NCBI GenBank assembly: GCA_963836235.1
Contig: CAWIIP010000002.1
Coordinates: forward strand, 1,344,001 to 1,408,000
DNA from: an uncultured Pseudomonadota bacterium
Lineage (GTDB): Bacteria > Oederibacteriota > Muellerivitia > Muellerivitales > Muellerivitaceae
Direction of reading: 5' to 3'
Length of the DNA stretch: 64,000 nucleotides
This document shows, one piece after another, positions 10,271 to 19,163 of this stretch. A program made the translations under genes and the position numbers. The notes under the pieces were generated by a model. That model was not told the origin of the DNA and did not search any database. It saw only the letters and a program-made list of their open reading frames with translations. Within the stretch, counting starts at the first letter, position 1. Each line of letters begins with the position of its first letter.

Positions 10271-10918
10271 TCAAGGCGCTAATCTTTCCCTCTTCCAAGC
10301 CGCTTTTCCTTTTCGCCGGTAAACCAGCCGGTCATGCAGGCGGTTGGGCCTTCCCTTCCAAAACTCGATGCTTTCCGGTGTCACCCGGTACCCTCCCCAA
10401 TGGGCTGGCCGGGGAATCAATTGGCCTTCATATTTCTTTTCAAGGGCTTTCATCTTTTTTTCCAAGAGTTCGCGGTTTCCAATGGCCCGGCTTTGGTCCG
10501 AGGCCCAGGCGCCCAACTGGCTTCCCCGGGGCCGGGTTTGAAAATACTCATCCGATTCCCAATCGGGTACCTTCTTGACCGGCCCGTCAATGCGGATTTG
10601 GCGGCTCAATTGCGGCCAGAAAAACAAAAGGCTGGCTACCGGCCTCGCGGCCAAGTCCCTGCCCTTATGGCTTTGGTAATTGGTGTAAAAGATGAAACCA
10701 TGGAGGTCATAACCCTTTAAAAGCACGGTCCTTATCGAGGGTTTTCCAGCGGAGGATACGGTGGCCAAGGCCATGGCGTTGGCGTCCAGGGCCTTTACCT
10801 TGAGGGCTTCCTGGAACCACTTCTCGAAAAGAAGATAAGGATTGGCGGGTGCGCCCATCTCAAGGAGCCCGCGGTTTCGGTATTCACGGCGCAGGTGGGC
10901 GATGGACTGGCTTTTCAT
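10271..10918 (-). CDS. pdxH: Pyridoxamine 5'-phosphate oxidase
   Basis: RTVLLKG, FYTNYQSHKG, RPRGSQLGAWAS, EFWKGRPNRLHDR. Confidence 0.96.
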   Translation of the reverse strand: MKSQSIAHLRREYRNRGLLEMGAPANPYLLFEKWFQEALKVKALDANAMALATVSSAGKPSIRTVLLKGYDLHGFIFYTNYQSHKGRDLAARPVASLLFFWPQLSRQIRIDGPVKKVPDWESDEYFQTRPRGSQLGAWASDQSRAIGNRELLEKKMKALEKKYEGQLIPRPAHWGGYRVTPESIEFWKGRPNRLHDRLVYRRKGKAAWKRERLAP

Positions 10919-11016
10919 GCTCTTAATTTCTCATAAATACAGTTGAATTTAAATATATTCGGCTAACGAGTCCTGCTTGTGGTGAATATGTTATATCTTC
11001 TACAATACGACTCCTT

Positions 11017-11058
11017 TTGATAGGGAGATTATCGCTGTTTTACAATTCATAGCCGCCC
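11017..11058 (+). promoter_or_regulatory. Probable native tRNA-Ser promoter
   Basis: TTGATA-N18-TACAAT followed by GC-rich AGCCGCCC; a second TACAAT at 11001; lies upstream of the tRNA 5' fragment. Confidence 0.5.
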
Positions 11059-11082
11059 TTTTGCGGCAAATAGGTCTTCGAT

Positions 11083-11125
11083 CCGGAGAGATGGCAGAGT
11101 GGTCGAATGCGTCTGACTCGAAATC
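11083..11125 (+). repeat. attL: 5' half of tRNA-Ser(CGA)
   Basis: 43-bp direct repeat of 30989-31031 with one mismatch; ends 2 nt after the anticodon loop. Confidence 0.95.
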
Positions 11126-11250
11126 TTTCCAGATGATTTTTTTGTTTTTGAAGTCGTAAGTCGTAAAAATTTATTGTCCCCATCAGCATTAAATTGGCCT
11201 TTGCCTGTAATGGTTTTAACACCAAAACGGGCCGAGGCCTTTTTTTTGAA

Positions 11251-11331
11251 TTACCGGACAATACCGGTTAGTGGCCGTCAAAACCGGTAAAAACCGAATT
11301 CGAATGACACGTATATGACACCAAATGACAT
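11251..11331 (+). promoter_or_regulatory. Candidate Xis (10-bp phased ACCGG) and integrase arm-type (ATGACAC) sites
   Basis: Five CCGG-like units at 10-bp period; ATGACAC at 11304 and 11315, ATGACAT at 11325. Confidence 0.6.
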
Positions 11332-11436
11332 AGGAAGGGTCACCAGATTTTGAGCCAAAGAAAGCCTAATGATCTTTTTAATTATTATCTGACTCTAAAA
11401 TAAGCCATTTCCTCCTTCGCGAAATTTTGACAAAGC

Positions 11437-11450
11437 GTGAGATAAGTCAC
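11437..11450. promoter_or_regulatory. Crp/Fnr-family box
   Basis: GTGAGATAAGTCAC, centred ~61 bp upstream of ATG 11505. Confidence 0.7.
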
Positions 11451-11504
11451 ATCGATAAATCGCTAATTGAAGCATTCTAAAACTACAAAAGTTTAGGAGT
11501 TTAA

Positions 11505-12575
11505 ATGGGTCAAATTTCCAAGCGAATTCCCCTCGCCGTCTCGGCCTTAATAACCCTTTTTCTCGCCGTTTGGGGCGGGCTGTTGCGGTTGCAATGGCAT
11601 CTCCCAATACCCGAGGCCAATTGGATCTCTTTTCATGGCCCCTTAATGGTGAGCGGATTCTTTGGGACGATCATCGGACTTGCGCGGGCAAGCGTTCTTA
11701 AATCCAAAGTTGGTCTGTTAGTCCCTCTGGCGACCGCTCTAGGTGCCTGGACCCTTCTTTTAGGTGGCCCGGAAAACTGGGGAGCCCTTTTGTTCCTCGC
11801 CGCCAGCCTGGGTTATCTTTTGGTTTCTATCGCTTTTTTCTGGAAACAACCGGCTTATGCCGCCGCCTTGGCGCTAGCGGGTGGATGTGGATGGGCTTGG
11901 GCCAATTTCTTTTGGTGGCATGGGGAACCTATTCCCCACGTGATGAACGGTTGGCAAATTCTATTTGTCCTGACCATCGCTTCTGAAAGATTGGAAGCCG
12001 TCCATTGGAAATCAACGATTGGTCGGACACTGGCCCTTATGACGGCCTCTGGTTTACTGATGGCCGGTGTGGGCTTGCAACCCTTTCAGCCACCCCTAGG
12101 GGTCCGAATGGTTGCGGCGGGGTTCCTTCTTCTGGCCACGTGTTTATTGGTTTTCGACAGAGGGTGGAACAGCGAAAAAACAGAAGGTTGGAAAGGCTTC
12201 ACCAAGGCTTGCCTGATCTCGGCCTATGCCTGGCTTCTTGTAGGTGGATTAGTCGGGTTTATAACCGCCCCGGTGGATTCGGGTTTCGCTTACGACGCCT
12301 TCCTGCATTGCATTTTCCTGGGGTTGGTATTTTCCATGGTCTTCAGCCATGCCCCTCTTCTATTGCCCCGTGTCTTGAGAACACCAGTTCCTTTCCATTC
12401 GTTCTTTTATGCCCACTGGCTACTTTTACAGATTTCCCTCGTGGCAAGGGTAGGTGGTGACGCATTTGAATCCACCCCTTGGCGCCGATGGGGTGCGTTG
12501 CTAAACGCCTTGGCTCTTTTACTGTTTATCCTCAATACCGCGATTGCCGTGTACCGGGGCAAACGTTCAAATTAA
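11505..12575 (+). CDS. Polytopic membrane protein, NnrS-like (NO-response context)
   Basis: ~12 hydrophobic segments; His motifs HGPLMVSGFFGT and LHCIFLGLVFSMVFSHAP. Confidence 0.55.
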   Translation: MGQISKRIPLAVSALITLFLAVWGGLLRLQWHLPIPEANWISFHGPLMVSGFFGTIIGLARASVLKSKVGLLVPLATALGAWTLLLGGPENWGALLFLAASLGYLLVSIAFFWKQPAYAAALALAGGCGWAWANFFWWHGEPIPHVMNGWQILFVLTIASERLEAVHWKSTIGRTLALMTASGLLMAGVGLQPFQPPLGVRMVAAGFLLLATCLLVFDRGWNSEKTEGWKGFTKACLISAYAWLLVGGLVGFITAPVDSGFAYDAFLHCIFLGLVFSMVFSHAPLLLPRVLRTPVPFHSFFYAHWLLLQISLVARVGGDAFESTPWRRWGALLNALALLLFILNTAIAVYRGKRSN

Positions 12576-12991
12576 GCCTGATTTGACTTTAAATATTTTT
12601 GAAGGACCACAGCGTTGTTGTGATCGGCATCCTTGGCGGCAAATAAAAGTGTCAATGTGCCTCTCTTGGCAGCCTCGAAAAGGGGTTTGAGCGCCTCCCG
12701 CTGGGCAGCCAGTTCCCGGCCATACCTTTTTTGGAATTCCTTCCATTTCTTAGGATCATGATTGAACCATTTCCTTAACCTTGCGCTAGGAGTGACGTCC
12801 CTGGTCCAACCCGACAATCCAGCTTTTTTCTTTTTTATTCCCCTGGGCCAAAGCCGGTCCACTAAATAGCGTTTTCCATCTTTGATTTGAGGCTTCAAAT
12901 AAATCCGTTTGATTTGAATCATGTCCGAATTCCCTACTTGATTGATTCCATTCAAAATTCGTCCAGCGGGTAACTTTATTTGGCCCGTCAC
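12572..12991 (-). CDS. DUF488/YeaO family protein (start may be ATG 12922)
   Basis: IKRIY, RYLVDRLWPRGIKK, PSARLRKWFNHDP, HNNAVVL. Confidence 0.88.
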   Translation of the reverse strand: MTGQIKLPAGRILNGINQVGNSDMIQIKRIYLKPQIKDGKRYLVDRLWPRGIKKKKAGLSGWTRDVTPSARLRKWFNHDPKKWKEFQKRYGRELAAQREALKPLFEAAKRGTLTLLFAAKDADHNNAVVLQKYLKSNQA

Positions 12992-13653
12992 GCTTTGGCC
13001 GGTATAGATGCTTTAGGGGATTGCTGGATACCATAAAGATGACCGCAAGAAGGGCACCGGATGGCCTTCATTTCGGAAGGAATATGCAGACTGTAAACTC
13101 CGGAGCAGGCCGGACAGACGGCCTTTAATCCAATAGGCCTGGCTGTTGAATCGTCGAAAAAAGCGAACCCCGTGGAGGGATCAAAGAATGATCCTTCTTC
13201 TGTCGGAGTCAGCGGTTTTAATAAGGCCTCGGGCAAGACGGGCCCAGCAGCTTTTGGTTTTTCGTAAGTTTCGGCAAACTTCGTGACGTAATCGCACCAG
13301 GCATTGGTAATGTAATAAGCTACATAATGCCCAAGGTTGGGGATCAAAACAGGGACGCGTTTCAAATCCTCGCAATGCTCAAAAACCCAAATATCTTTCT
13401 CTTTAGCAAGGGTGGTAGCCCAAGGGAACCAGTTCTTGGCTTGCGAGGAAACTTCCTCATCCTTACTGAGGACGAAAAACAAGGCGTCCGACTCTAGAAT
13501 TTCCCTTTGGATTCTATCCTTTGAGGCAGGCCCTCCCACGAGGTCCTTATAGGTTACCCAAACCGTTTTAACCGCCACCGCACGGAATACCTTGGAGAAA
13601 AACACTTCAAAGCGCTCATCCATAGAACCATGAACAATGAGTATTTGACGCAT
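12988..13653 (-). CDS. TIR-like domain plus C-terminal zinc ribbon
   Basis: ILIVHG..D, IQREILESDALFFVLSK; CPAC...CPSC. Confidence 0.5.
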   Translation of the reverse strand: MRQILIVHGSMDERFEVFFSKVFRAVAVKTVWVTYKDLVGGPASKDRIQREILESDALFFVLSKDEEVSSQAKNWFPWATTLAKEKDIWVFEHCEDLKRVPVLIPNLGHYVAYYITNAWCDYVTKFAETYEKPKAAGPVLPEALLKPLTPTEEGSFFDPSTGFAFFDDSTARPIGLKAVCPACSGVYSLHIPSEMKAIRCPSCGHLYGIQQSPKASIPAKA

Positions 13654-13677
13654 GACCCTACCTTTCTTGGTTAAGGC

Positions 13678-14025
13678 TTAAGACCGAATCATTGTGAGAA
13701 TCATTTTGAACCGCTTCAACGCCTTAAGGGCGTGCGGCTGTTTCGCTGGCATCAGAATTATCTCGCCGGAATGCAGGTGATAAGGCTTGCCCGCAATGCT
13801 TATTTCCACCTCGCCTTCCAATGCCTGTACGAGCGCGTCGAATGGGGCTGTGTGTTCACTCAACCCTTGTCCCTCATCGAATGCAAAAATCGTTACGGTT
13901 CCAGTCGTTTTCTTGACAATTTCCCGGCTGACAACGGAACCTTCCTGGTAGTTCACTAACTCGGCGGCCTTCGCGACTTCAGCGCCTGGAAGGCCTTTTG
14001 TTTTAGGCGGGATTTCCGGTTGCAT
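13678..14025 (-). CDS. Cupin domain protein
   Basis: FAFDEGQGLSEHTAPFDA...PHAL; start ATG 14025 with AAGGAAGG RBS. Confidence 0.9.
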   Translation of the reverse strand: MQPEIPPKTKGLPGAEVAKAAELVNYQEGSVVSREIVKKTTGTVTIFAFDEGQGLSEHTAPFDALVQALEGEVEISIAGKPYHLHSGEIILMPAKQPHALKALKRFKMILTMIRS

Positions 14026-14035
14026 GATGCCTTCC

Positions 14036-14494
14036 TTAATTTTTAAACGCGGGAATTTTGGGCCAATCATGGATGTTGAATTGAATTTCAGTCTCCACCC
14101 ACTCTTTTTCTGCCTGTGTGAATTGGTCCTCGATTTCCTTGAACAACTTATCTTCCTCGAAATAAATGTGTTGGATGAGTTTTTCAGCGAACAATTTTAA
14201 CGATTTCAAATTTCTCGTTTTTAACAGTTGGTTTAACTCCTTATGCTCCCGCCGGGACCGGGCCAATAATGGATCATCAGAACCCTTATGGAAAGCGAGT
14301 TGATCTAACATCTTCTCTTCCACACCGATATGCGCTTCCAAGTCCGACTTGAAGAATCTTTCAGCTTTTCGCTTCAATTCCTCCAGTTCCTTCTTCGAAG
14401 GTTTTTTTTCCAACATCCTTTGAAGCGTTTTGGCCGTCATCAATCCGAAATGGTGGGCATGGGTTATAGGCCACAGGAATTTTTCACGTTTCAT
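14036..14494 (-). CDS. Hemerythrin/HHE domain protein
   Basis: AHH, HIGVEE, EH, HIYFEEDKLF. Confidence 0.85.
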   Translation of the reverse strand: MKREKFLWPITHAHHFGLMTAKTLQRMLEKKPSKKELEELKRKAERFFKSDLEAHIGVEEKMLDQLAFHKGSDDPLLARSRREHKELNQLLKTRNLKSLKLFAEKLIQHIYFEEDKLFKEIEDQFTQAEKEWVETEIQFNIHDWPKIPAFKN

Positions 14495-14544
14495 GTCTTC
14501 CTCCTTGATTTAGTTTTTCAGTATTCTCGTTTATCTTCAAAATT

Positions 14545-15291
14545 TCAATCCAACCAGCCGTTATGAATGGACTTCTGGAAAAGAACATTGTTTTCCTTGT
14601 GGACGTGTTGATGCAAATCGTCCTCCAAATCCTTCAATCCTAAGTAAAGTGCTTTGTAAGACCGGCAGGCGTCGGCAGGAGCGGTGAGATCGTTTGTGAT
14701 CTTATGGATCTCAATCCATTCCTCTCCCGTCATGCCGTGTTCCCACATCAGGATTTTTAAAGGATGATTCTCCAAAGGCCCCCCTTCGAAAGGATTGGGA
14801 ATACCTTCTTTTTTGCCGTTTGCCTCTTCCAGGGCCTTCAGATAGGGGAAAACTTGCTCTTCTTCCTTCGCCATGTGTCCTTCCATCTCCTCGGACATTT
14901 CATTGATGATCTCCTCCAATCGGCAAAGTTCGGAATGGTTGCCGCCATGAACTCCCTCGACCTTTTGCGAAAGAGCCTTTAGGCGGCTTAGTTGGGTTCG
15001 TGTAAAAGCATGATGCTTTCCCAGGATATGGTCGATCAATTCGGCCATAGTTTGGGTCTTCCAATCGGGTAATACCTCCTCCTGATTCGATTCGGCCTCA
15101 AGCCTCTCTAAATCCGAAACAACCTTCTCTACCGGAACGCCCACTAACGAACAGGCCTCCCTCAATGACCGGGCTCCCCCACAGCAGTAATCGATTTTCA
15201 AACCCTCAAAAAGTGGTATAGTCCTCGGAAATTCGGAAGCGATATCCCCCACCGTTTTGTCGGCCTCGAATTTTTTGGTTTCTGTTTTCAT
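14545..15291 (-). CDS. ric: Iron-sulfur cluster repair di-iron protein (Ric/YtfE/DnrN/ScdA)
   Basis: IDYCCGG, HH, VHG, HMAKEE, EH, HVHKENNVLF. Confidence 0.95.
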   Translation of the reverse strand: MKTETKKFEADKTVGDIASEFPRTIPLFEGLKIDYCCGGARSLREACSLVGVPVEKVVSDLERLEAESNQEEVLPDWKTQTMAELIDHILGKHHAFTRTQLSRLKALSQKVEGVHGGNHSELCRLEEIINEMSEEMEGHMAKEEEQVFPYLKALEEANGKKEGIPNPFEGGPLENHPLKILMWEHGMTGEEWIEIHKITNDLTAPADACRSYKALYLGLKDLEDDLHQHVHKENNVLFQKSIHNGWLD

Positions 15292-15351
15292 TTTGAATCT
15301 CCTTGTGTCCTTCTTACGGTTTCAATTTAAGCCCCAAGGGTTCTTGACGCC

Positions 15352-15365
15352 GTGACTCAAGTCAC
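15352..15365. promoter_or_regulatory. Crp/Fnr-family box between divergent ric and the regulator
   Basis: GTGACTCAAGTCAC. Confidence 0.8.
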
Positions 15366-15415
15366 TAAAAGACCCTATTCTTGAGGAAACCCTTCTCCAA
15401 CGATATGATGGGCAA

Positions 15416-16084
15416 ATGGATAAGATTGCTTCCTTGAAAAAAACGGAAATGTTTGGCTCTCTCGGGCCGGATGAACTGGGCGTTATTGCTGGTGTTTGTG
15501 TGGAAAAGAGGCTGAAAAAAGGGGAGGTTCTCTTCATATCCGGGGATAAGGCCAGAGGCCTTTATGTCATCGCCAAGGGTTCCTTAAGGGCCTATCGGGA
15601 TAACACTGAAGGGCGGGAGCAAATCATCCACTTGGAAAAGGCCGGAACCACCATCGCCGAAGTACCTACCTTTGATGATGAACCTTATCCCTCTTCAGTC
15701 CGTGCCGAGGAAGAAAGCGAAGTGCTTTTCATCTCCAGGGAGGATGTCAAAAGGCTTTGCTTGAGACACCCCGCTATCGCCCTTTCCGCCTTGAAGCTGA
15801 TGGCTTCCCGTCTTCGTAAAACAGCGGCCCTTGTTGAATCCCTTTCCCTAAAGGAAGTCGATCAACGTTTAGCAGCCTTTTTGTTGCAGGAATTCAGGGA
15901 TAAAAAATTAAAAAAACTAAAATTGCCGCCCATTTCCGTCATTGCCGCGCGGCTGGGGTCGGTTCGGGAAGTCGTTTCAAGGGCTTTAGCCAAGCTTGAA
16001 AAGGGAGGGTTCATTTCGATTGATAAACAACGAAACGCAAGCCTAACCAATGTTAAAGGTTTGGAAGTTTTTTTAAAAAAATAA
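15416..16084 (+). CDS. Crp/Fnr family regulator (HcpR/DNR-like)
   Basis: cNMP-type domain; HTH IAARLGSVREVVSRAL; no FNR Cys cluster. Confidence 0.92.
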   Translation: MDKIASLKKTEMFGSLGPDELGVIAGVCVEKRLKKGEVLFISGDKARGLYVIAKGSLRAYRDNTEGREQIIHLEKAGTTIAEVPTFDDEPYPSSVRAEEESEVLFISREDVKRLCLRHPAIALSALKLMASRLRKTAALVESLSLKEVDQRLAAFLLQEFRDKKLKKLKLPPISVIAARLGSVREVVSRALAKLEKGGFISIDKQRNASLTNVKGLEVFLKK

Positions 16085-16101
16085 AATGGGAAGACTCCAA
16101 T

Positions 16102-16587
16102 TTATTTATCGGTTGGTTTTTCGGTCAAGCGGTGGGGGACATGAGTCTCGGCAGGTTTGTAAGGAAGTAACTTTTTCGTCTCACGGTCTTTTTCTTCCTC
16201 AGTCAGGGTTTTTTCCACTCTGGGGAAAAAAACATCCTCCTCAAAACGGATATGGGCGGTAAGAGTATCGGCAAAGAGTTGAAGATCTTTTTGGGTCACT
16301 GACGTTGATAAGGCTCGGATGGTTTGATGGTCTTGCAATATTTTTTTAATGTCCGAATCATCCGATCCTACATGATTTTCAAAAACCTTTAGGAGTTCTT
16401 CCTCTTCCCCGCGAAAATGCGGTTCTAAATCTCTAGCAAAAAGGCCCGAGATTTCTTGGCTCAAGACAACTAGGGTATTTTTTTCACCTTCGTTCAGCTT
16501 GGAAAGGCGGTCTCGGATATTCCGGGCCGCCACCAGCGCCCCATGGTGTCCTTGGGTCAACGGCCAAAGAAATTTTTCACGTTTCAA
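16102..16587 (-). CDS. Hemerythrin/HHE domain protein
   Basis: GHH, HFRGEEE, DH, HIRFEEDVFFP; paralog of 14036-14494. Confidence 0.85.
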   Translation of the reverse strand: MKREKFLWPLTQGHHGALVAARNIRDRLSKLNEGEKNTLVVLSQEISGLFARDLEPHFRGEEEELLKVFENHVGSDDSDIKKILQDHQTIRALSTSVTQKDLQLFADTLTAHIRFEEDVFFPRVEKTLTEEEKDRETKKLLPYKPAETHVPHRLTEKPTDK

Positions 16588-16621
16588 GATTCAGGACCCT
16601 TTTTCCCCTAACGTTTCTTCG

Positions 16622-18883
16622 TCATTCCGGATTGGCGTCCGGTTTTCTCAAATAAAACATCGATCTAACCGTGAAGTAGAGAAGAGGCAAAACTCCGCCA
16701 ACGACGAAAGTTAGGTCGCCTGCCATCCTGGCCCAAGTAAGTTTTTGGACGATGGGTTGGCTCCAGAAATCCACGCTTCGGGCAAACCAGTAGCCTCGCG
16801 TGTAACTCTGGACCATCTCCAAAATCCCCACCGGGAAAATATCCAGTAATAGCATCATCATCAGGCCGATTTGCAGGGACCAAAAGGAGATTTTTAATAA
16901 ACGGTTGGACCAGTGCTCAGGCTTGACCAGGAACCGCAGGACGAACACTAAGGCAGCGATGGCCAGGTTGCCGTAAACCCCCATCAAGGCCGCATGGGCG
17001 TGATTTGGCGTTAAGTAGGTGGCGTGTTCGTAGTAGCTGACAATAGGCAGGTTGATAAGGAAACCAAATATTCCGGCTCCTACGAAGTTCCAAAAGCCGA
17101 CCGCAATCAGGAACATAATCGCCCAGTAATGGGCGAAAAATCCGTCCGATTCCTTCGTGCCTGCCTCCCCTCTCCTGAGCTTGGCGAAGTCATAAGCCTC
17201 AAGGGTCAAGAGCAATAAAGGAACCACTTCCATGGCCGAGAAGAAGGCTCCCAAGGCCAGATTGATGGCTGGTTGGGCAGTCCAGTAATAATGATGGCCC
17301 GTACCGATGAGTCCCGATCCCAAATAAAGGATTATATCCAAGTAAACCACCCGGACAGCGGTTTTGGTTGTCACTAAACCAAGGATAACGAAGAAGTACG
17401 CCACTACGATGGTAGTGAATAGTTCAAAGAAATTTTCCACCCACAAATGAACCACCCACCAACGCCAAAAATCGGCGATAGCGAAATTAGTTCTCGGGGT
17501 GTAAAGCAAACCCGCCGAGAACATCAAGGGAATAGCCAGGATGCCGTAAACGAGAAGGTAAGGCAAACTGCCCCAATCCTGCCCCTTAAGCCTTCCCCAA
17601 ACCGTTCGAAGCACCAACACTGCCCAAATACCCATGCCAGCGGTCAAAAGGATTTGCCAGAAGCGACCCAGTTCCAAATATTCCCAACCTTGATGCCCGA
17701 ACCAGAACCAATACTGTCCAAGCTTGGCCTTGATGCCCAAATATTCACCAACGATGGAACCAACCGCCACCAATACCACCGCGCCAAAGAGGACGTTCAC
17801 CCAGAAGGCTTGGTATTTAGGTTCTCTTTGGCCAATGAAGGGAGCGATGAATAATCCAGCCGCCAGCCAAGCAGTGGCGATCCAAAATATGGAAAGCTGT
17901 AAATGCCAGGTGCGGGTGATAGTGGTGGGCAGGATATCCCGGATATCTAATCCATAAAATCCCGTGGCTTCTACGAAATAGTGAGCCGTGAACACACCCA
18001 TGAGGGTTTGGAAAGAAAAAAGCAACGCCACAATGAGGAAATATTTATAAGTCGCCACCTGGCTGGGAGTGATTTTGAAATCTTTTAACGGAATGCTTTT
18101 CTTTATCGCGGGCTCATCCCCACCCCACCCTAAGTAATCGAAACGGCCAAAAAACAACAGGACCAAAGCGCATCCCCCCAACAAAGAGATCAATGAAAGG
18201 ACACTCCAAAGGAATACGGCTCTGGTAGGCCGGTTCCCGACAGCATCCTCAGGCGGCCAATTGTTGGTGTAACTGTAATTTTTTCCGGGTCTTTGGGTCG
18301 ATGCCGTCCAAGCGGTCCAGGCGAAGAAATCGGTGAGTTTTTGGACTTCATCCGTGGTTTTGATGTAATTTTTTGGAAGGCTGTGGTCTTCCCCACTGTT
18401 CATGAAAACATCAACGTAATGGGTAACCAGGGGAGGCCATGCTTGAGCCTGTTCTTGAGTAAGGGTTAAAGTCTGTGTGTTTTCATCGTATCGGTTGGTT
18501 TTCGCGTCCGAAATCACCATCTGACCGATTTTCGCTTTTTCACTTTCCGAAAGATTTCCATAAGGCTGTTTGAATTCCTCTTCGGCCTTCTCGTCGCGCT
18601 GAATCCAGGCCGAGCGGTGCATGTAGTCGTCCGTAAAATCGGGCCCACGATAGGCACCATGACCAAAGATAGAACCGTAATCCATAAGGCCGTATTGCTG
18701 GAAAACGGCTTGGCCTGTCAAGATATCCTCTCCGGTGAAAAGGACTTTTCCAGAAGCCTCAACCACCTTGGCGGGTATAGGAGGAGCGTTTTCGTAAACT
18801 TTTTTCCCCATGAACATCAAAACTGAAAATCCAATAATGACAACCAATACCGCCGCATGCCGCCAAGCTTTGGAAATTTCCAC
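16622..18883 (-). CDS. norB: Quinol-dependent nitric oxide reductase (qNOR)
   Basis: GSIFGHGAYRGPDFT, RTWHLQ, WWVVHLWVENFFE, GTGHH, HAHAALMGVYG; single 753-aa subunit. Confidence 0.96.
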   Translation of the reverse strand: MEISKAWRHAAVLVVIIGFSVLMFMGKKVYENAPPIPAKVVEASGKVLFTGEDILTGQAVFQQYGLMDYGSIFGHGAYRGPDFTDDYMHRSAWIQRDEKAEEEFKQPYGNLSESEKAKIGQMVISDAKTNRYDENTQTLTLTQEQAQAWPPLVTHYVDVFMNSGEDHSLPKNYIKTTDEVQKLTDFFAWTAWTASTQRPGKNYSYTNNWPPEDAVGNRPTRAVFLWSVLSLISLLGGCALVLLFFGRFDYLGWGGDEPAIKKSIPLKDFKITPSQVATYKYFLIVALLFSFQTLMGVFTAHYFVEATGFYGLDIRDILPTTITRTWHLQLSIFWIATAWLAAGLFIAPFIGQREPKYQAFWVNVLFGAVVLVAVGSIVGEYLGIKAKLGQYWFWFGHQGWEYLELGRFWQILLTAGMGIWAVLVLRTVWGRLKGQDWGSLPYLLVYGILAIPLMFSAGLLYTPRTNFAIADFWRWWVVHLWVENFFELFTTIVVAYFFVILGLVTTKTAVRVVYLDIILYLGSGLIGTGHHYYWTAQPAINLALGAFFSAMEVVPLLLLTLEAYDFAKLRRGEAGTKESDGFFAHYWAIMFLIAVGFWNFVGAGIFGFLINLPIVSYYEHATYLTPNHAHAALMGVYGNLAIAALVFVLRFLVKPEHWSNRLLKISFWSLQIGLMMMLLLDIFPVGILEMVQSYTRGYWFARSVDFWSQPIVQKLTWARMAGDLTFVVGGVLPLLYFTVRSMFYLRKPDANPE

Positions 18884-18947
18884 CAGCCGCCTCCCGCCAA
18901 GATATTAAAATTCGTATTCTTTTTAAGACATAATTCTCAACAATACT

Positions 18948-18961
18948 GTGACTTAAGTCAC
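18948..18961. promoter_or_regulatory. Crp/Fnr-family box upstream of norB
   Basis: Perfect palindrome GTGACTTAAGTCAC, ~71 bp from the start. Confidence 0.82.
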
Positions 18962-19123
18962 CTTTAAATCCTATTGAAACCAATAATTAACTCAAAGGCT
19001 TTCAAAAATCCGCCGGGTTGATAAAGTTATGACGCCATACCTAGAGACGATCCAAGGTAATTAAGCCAAACGGAGTTTGTGAGGGCCCCTTTTAGACCCA
19101 ATCGGCTGATTTCTAGGTATAAT

Positions 19124-19156
19124 TTATCGGCAGTTTAACGGCAGTTCATCGGCGGA
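19124..19156 (+). repeat. Three 11-bp direct repeats upstream of the first Fic gene
   Basis: TTATCGGCAGT TTAACGGCAGT TCATCGGCGGA immediately after TATAAT (19118). Confidence 0.75.
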
Positions 19157-19163
19157 GGAAATT

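Noticed and set aside
11085-11125. A second functional tRNA-Ser
   Set aside because: Only the 5' 41 nt are present; there is no T arm or acceptor 3' strand. It is attL.
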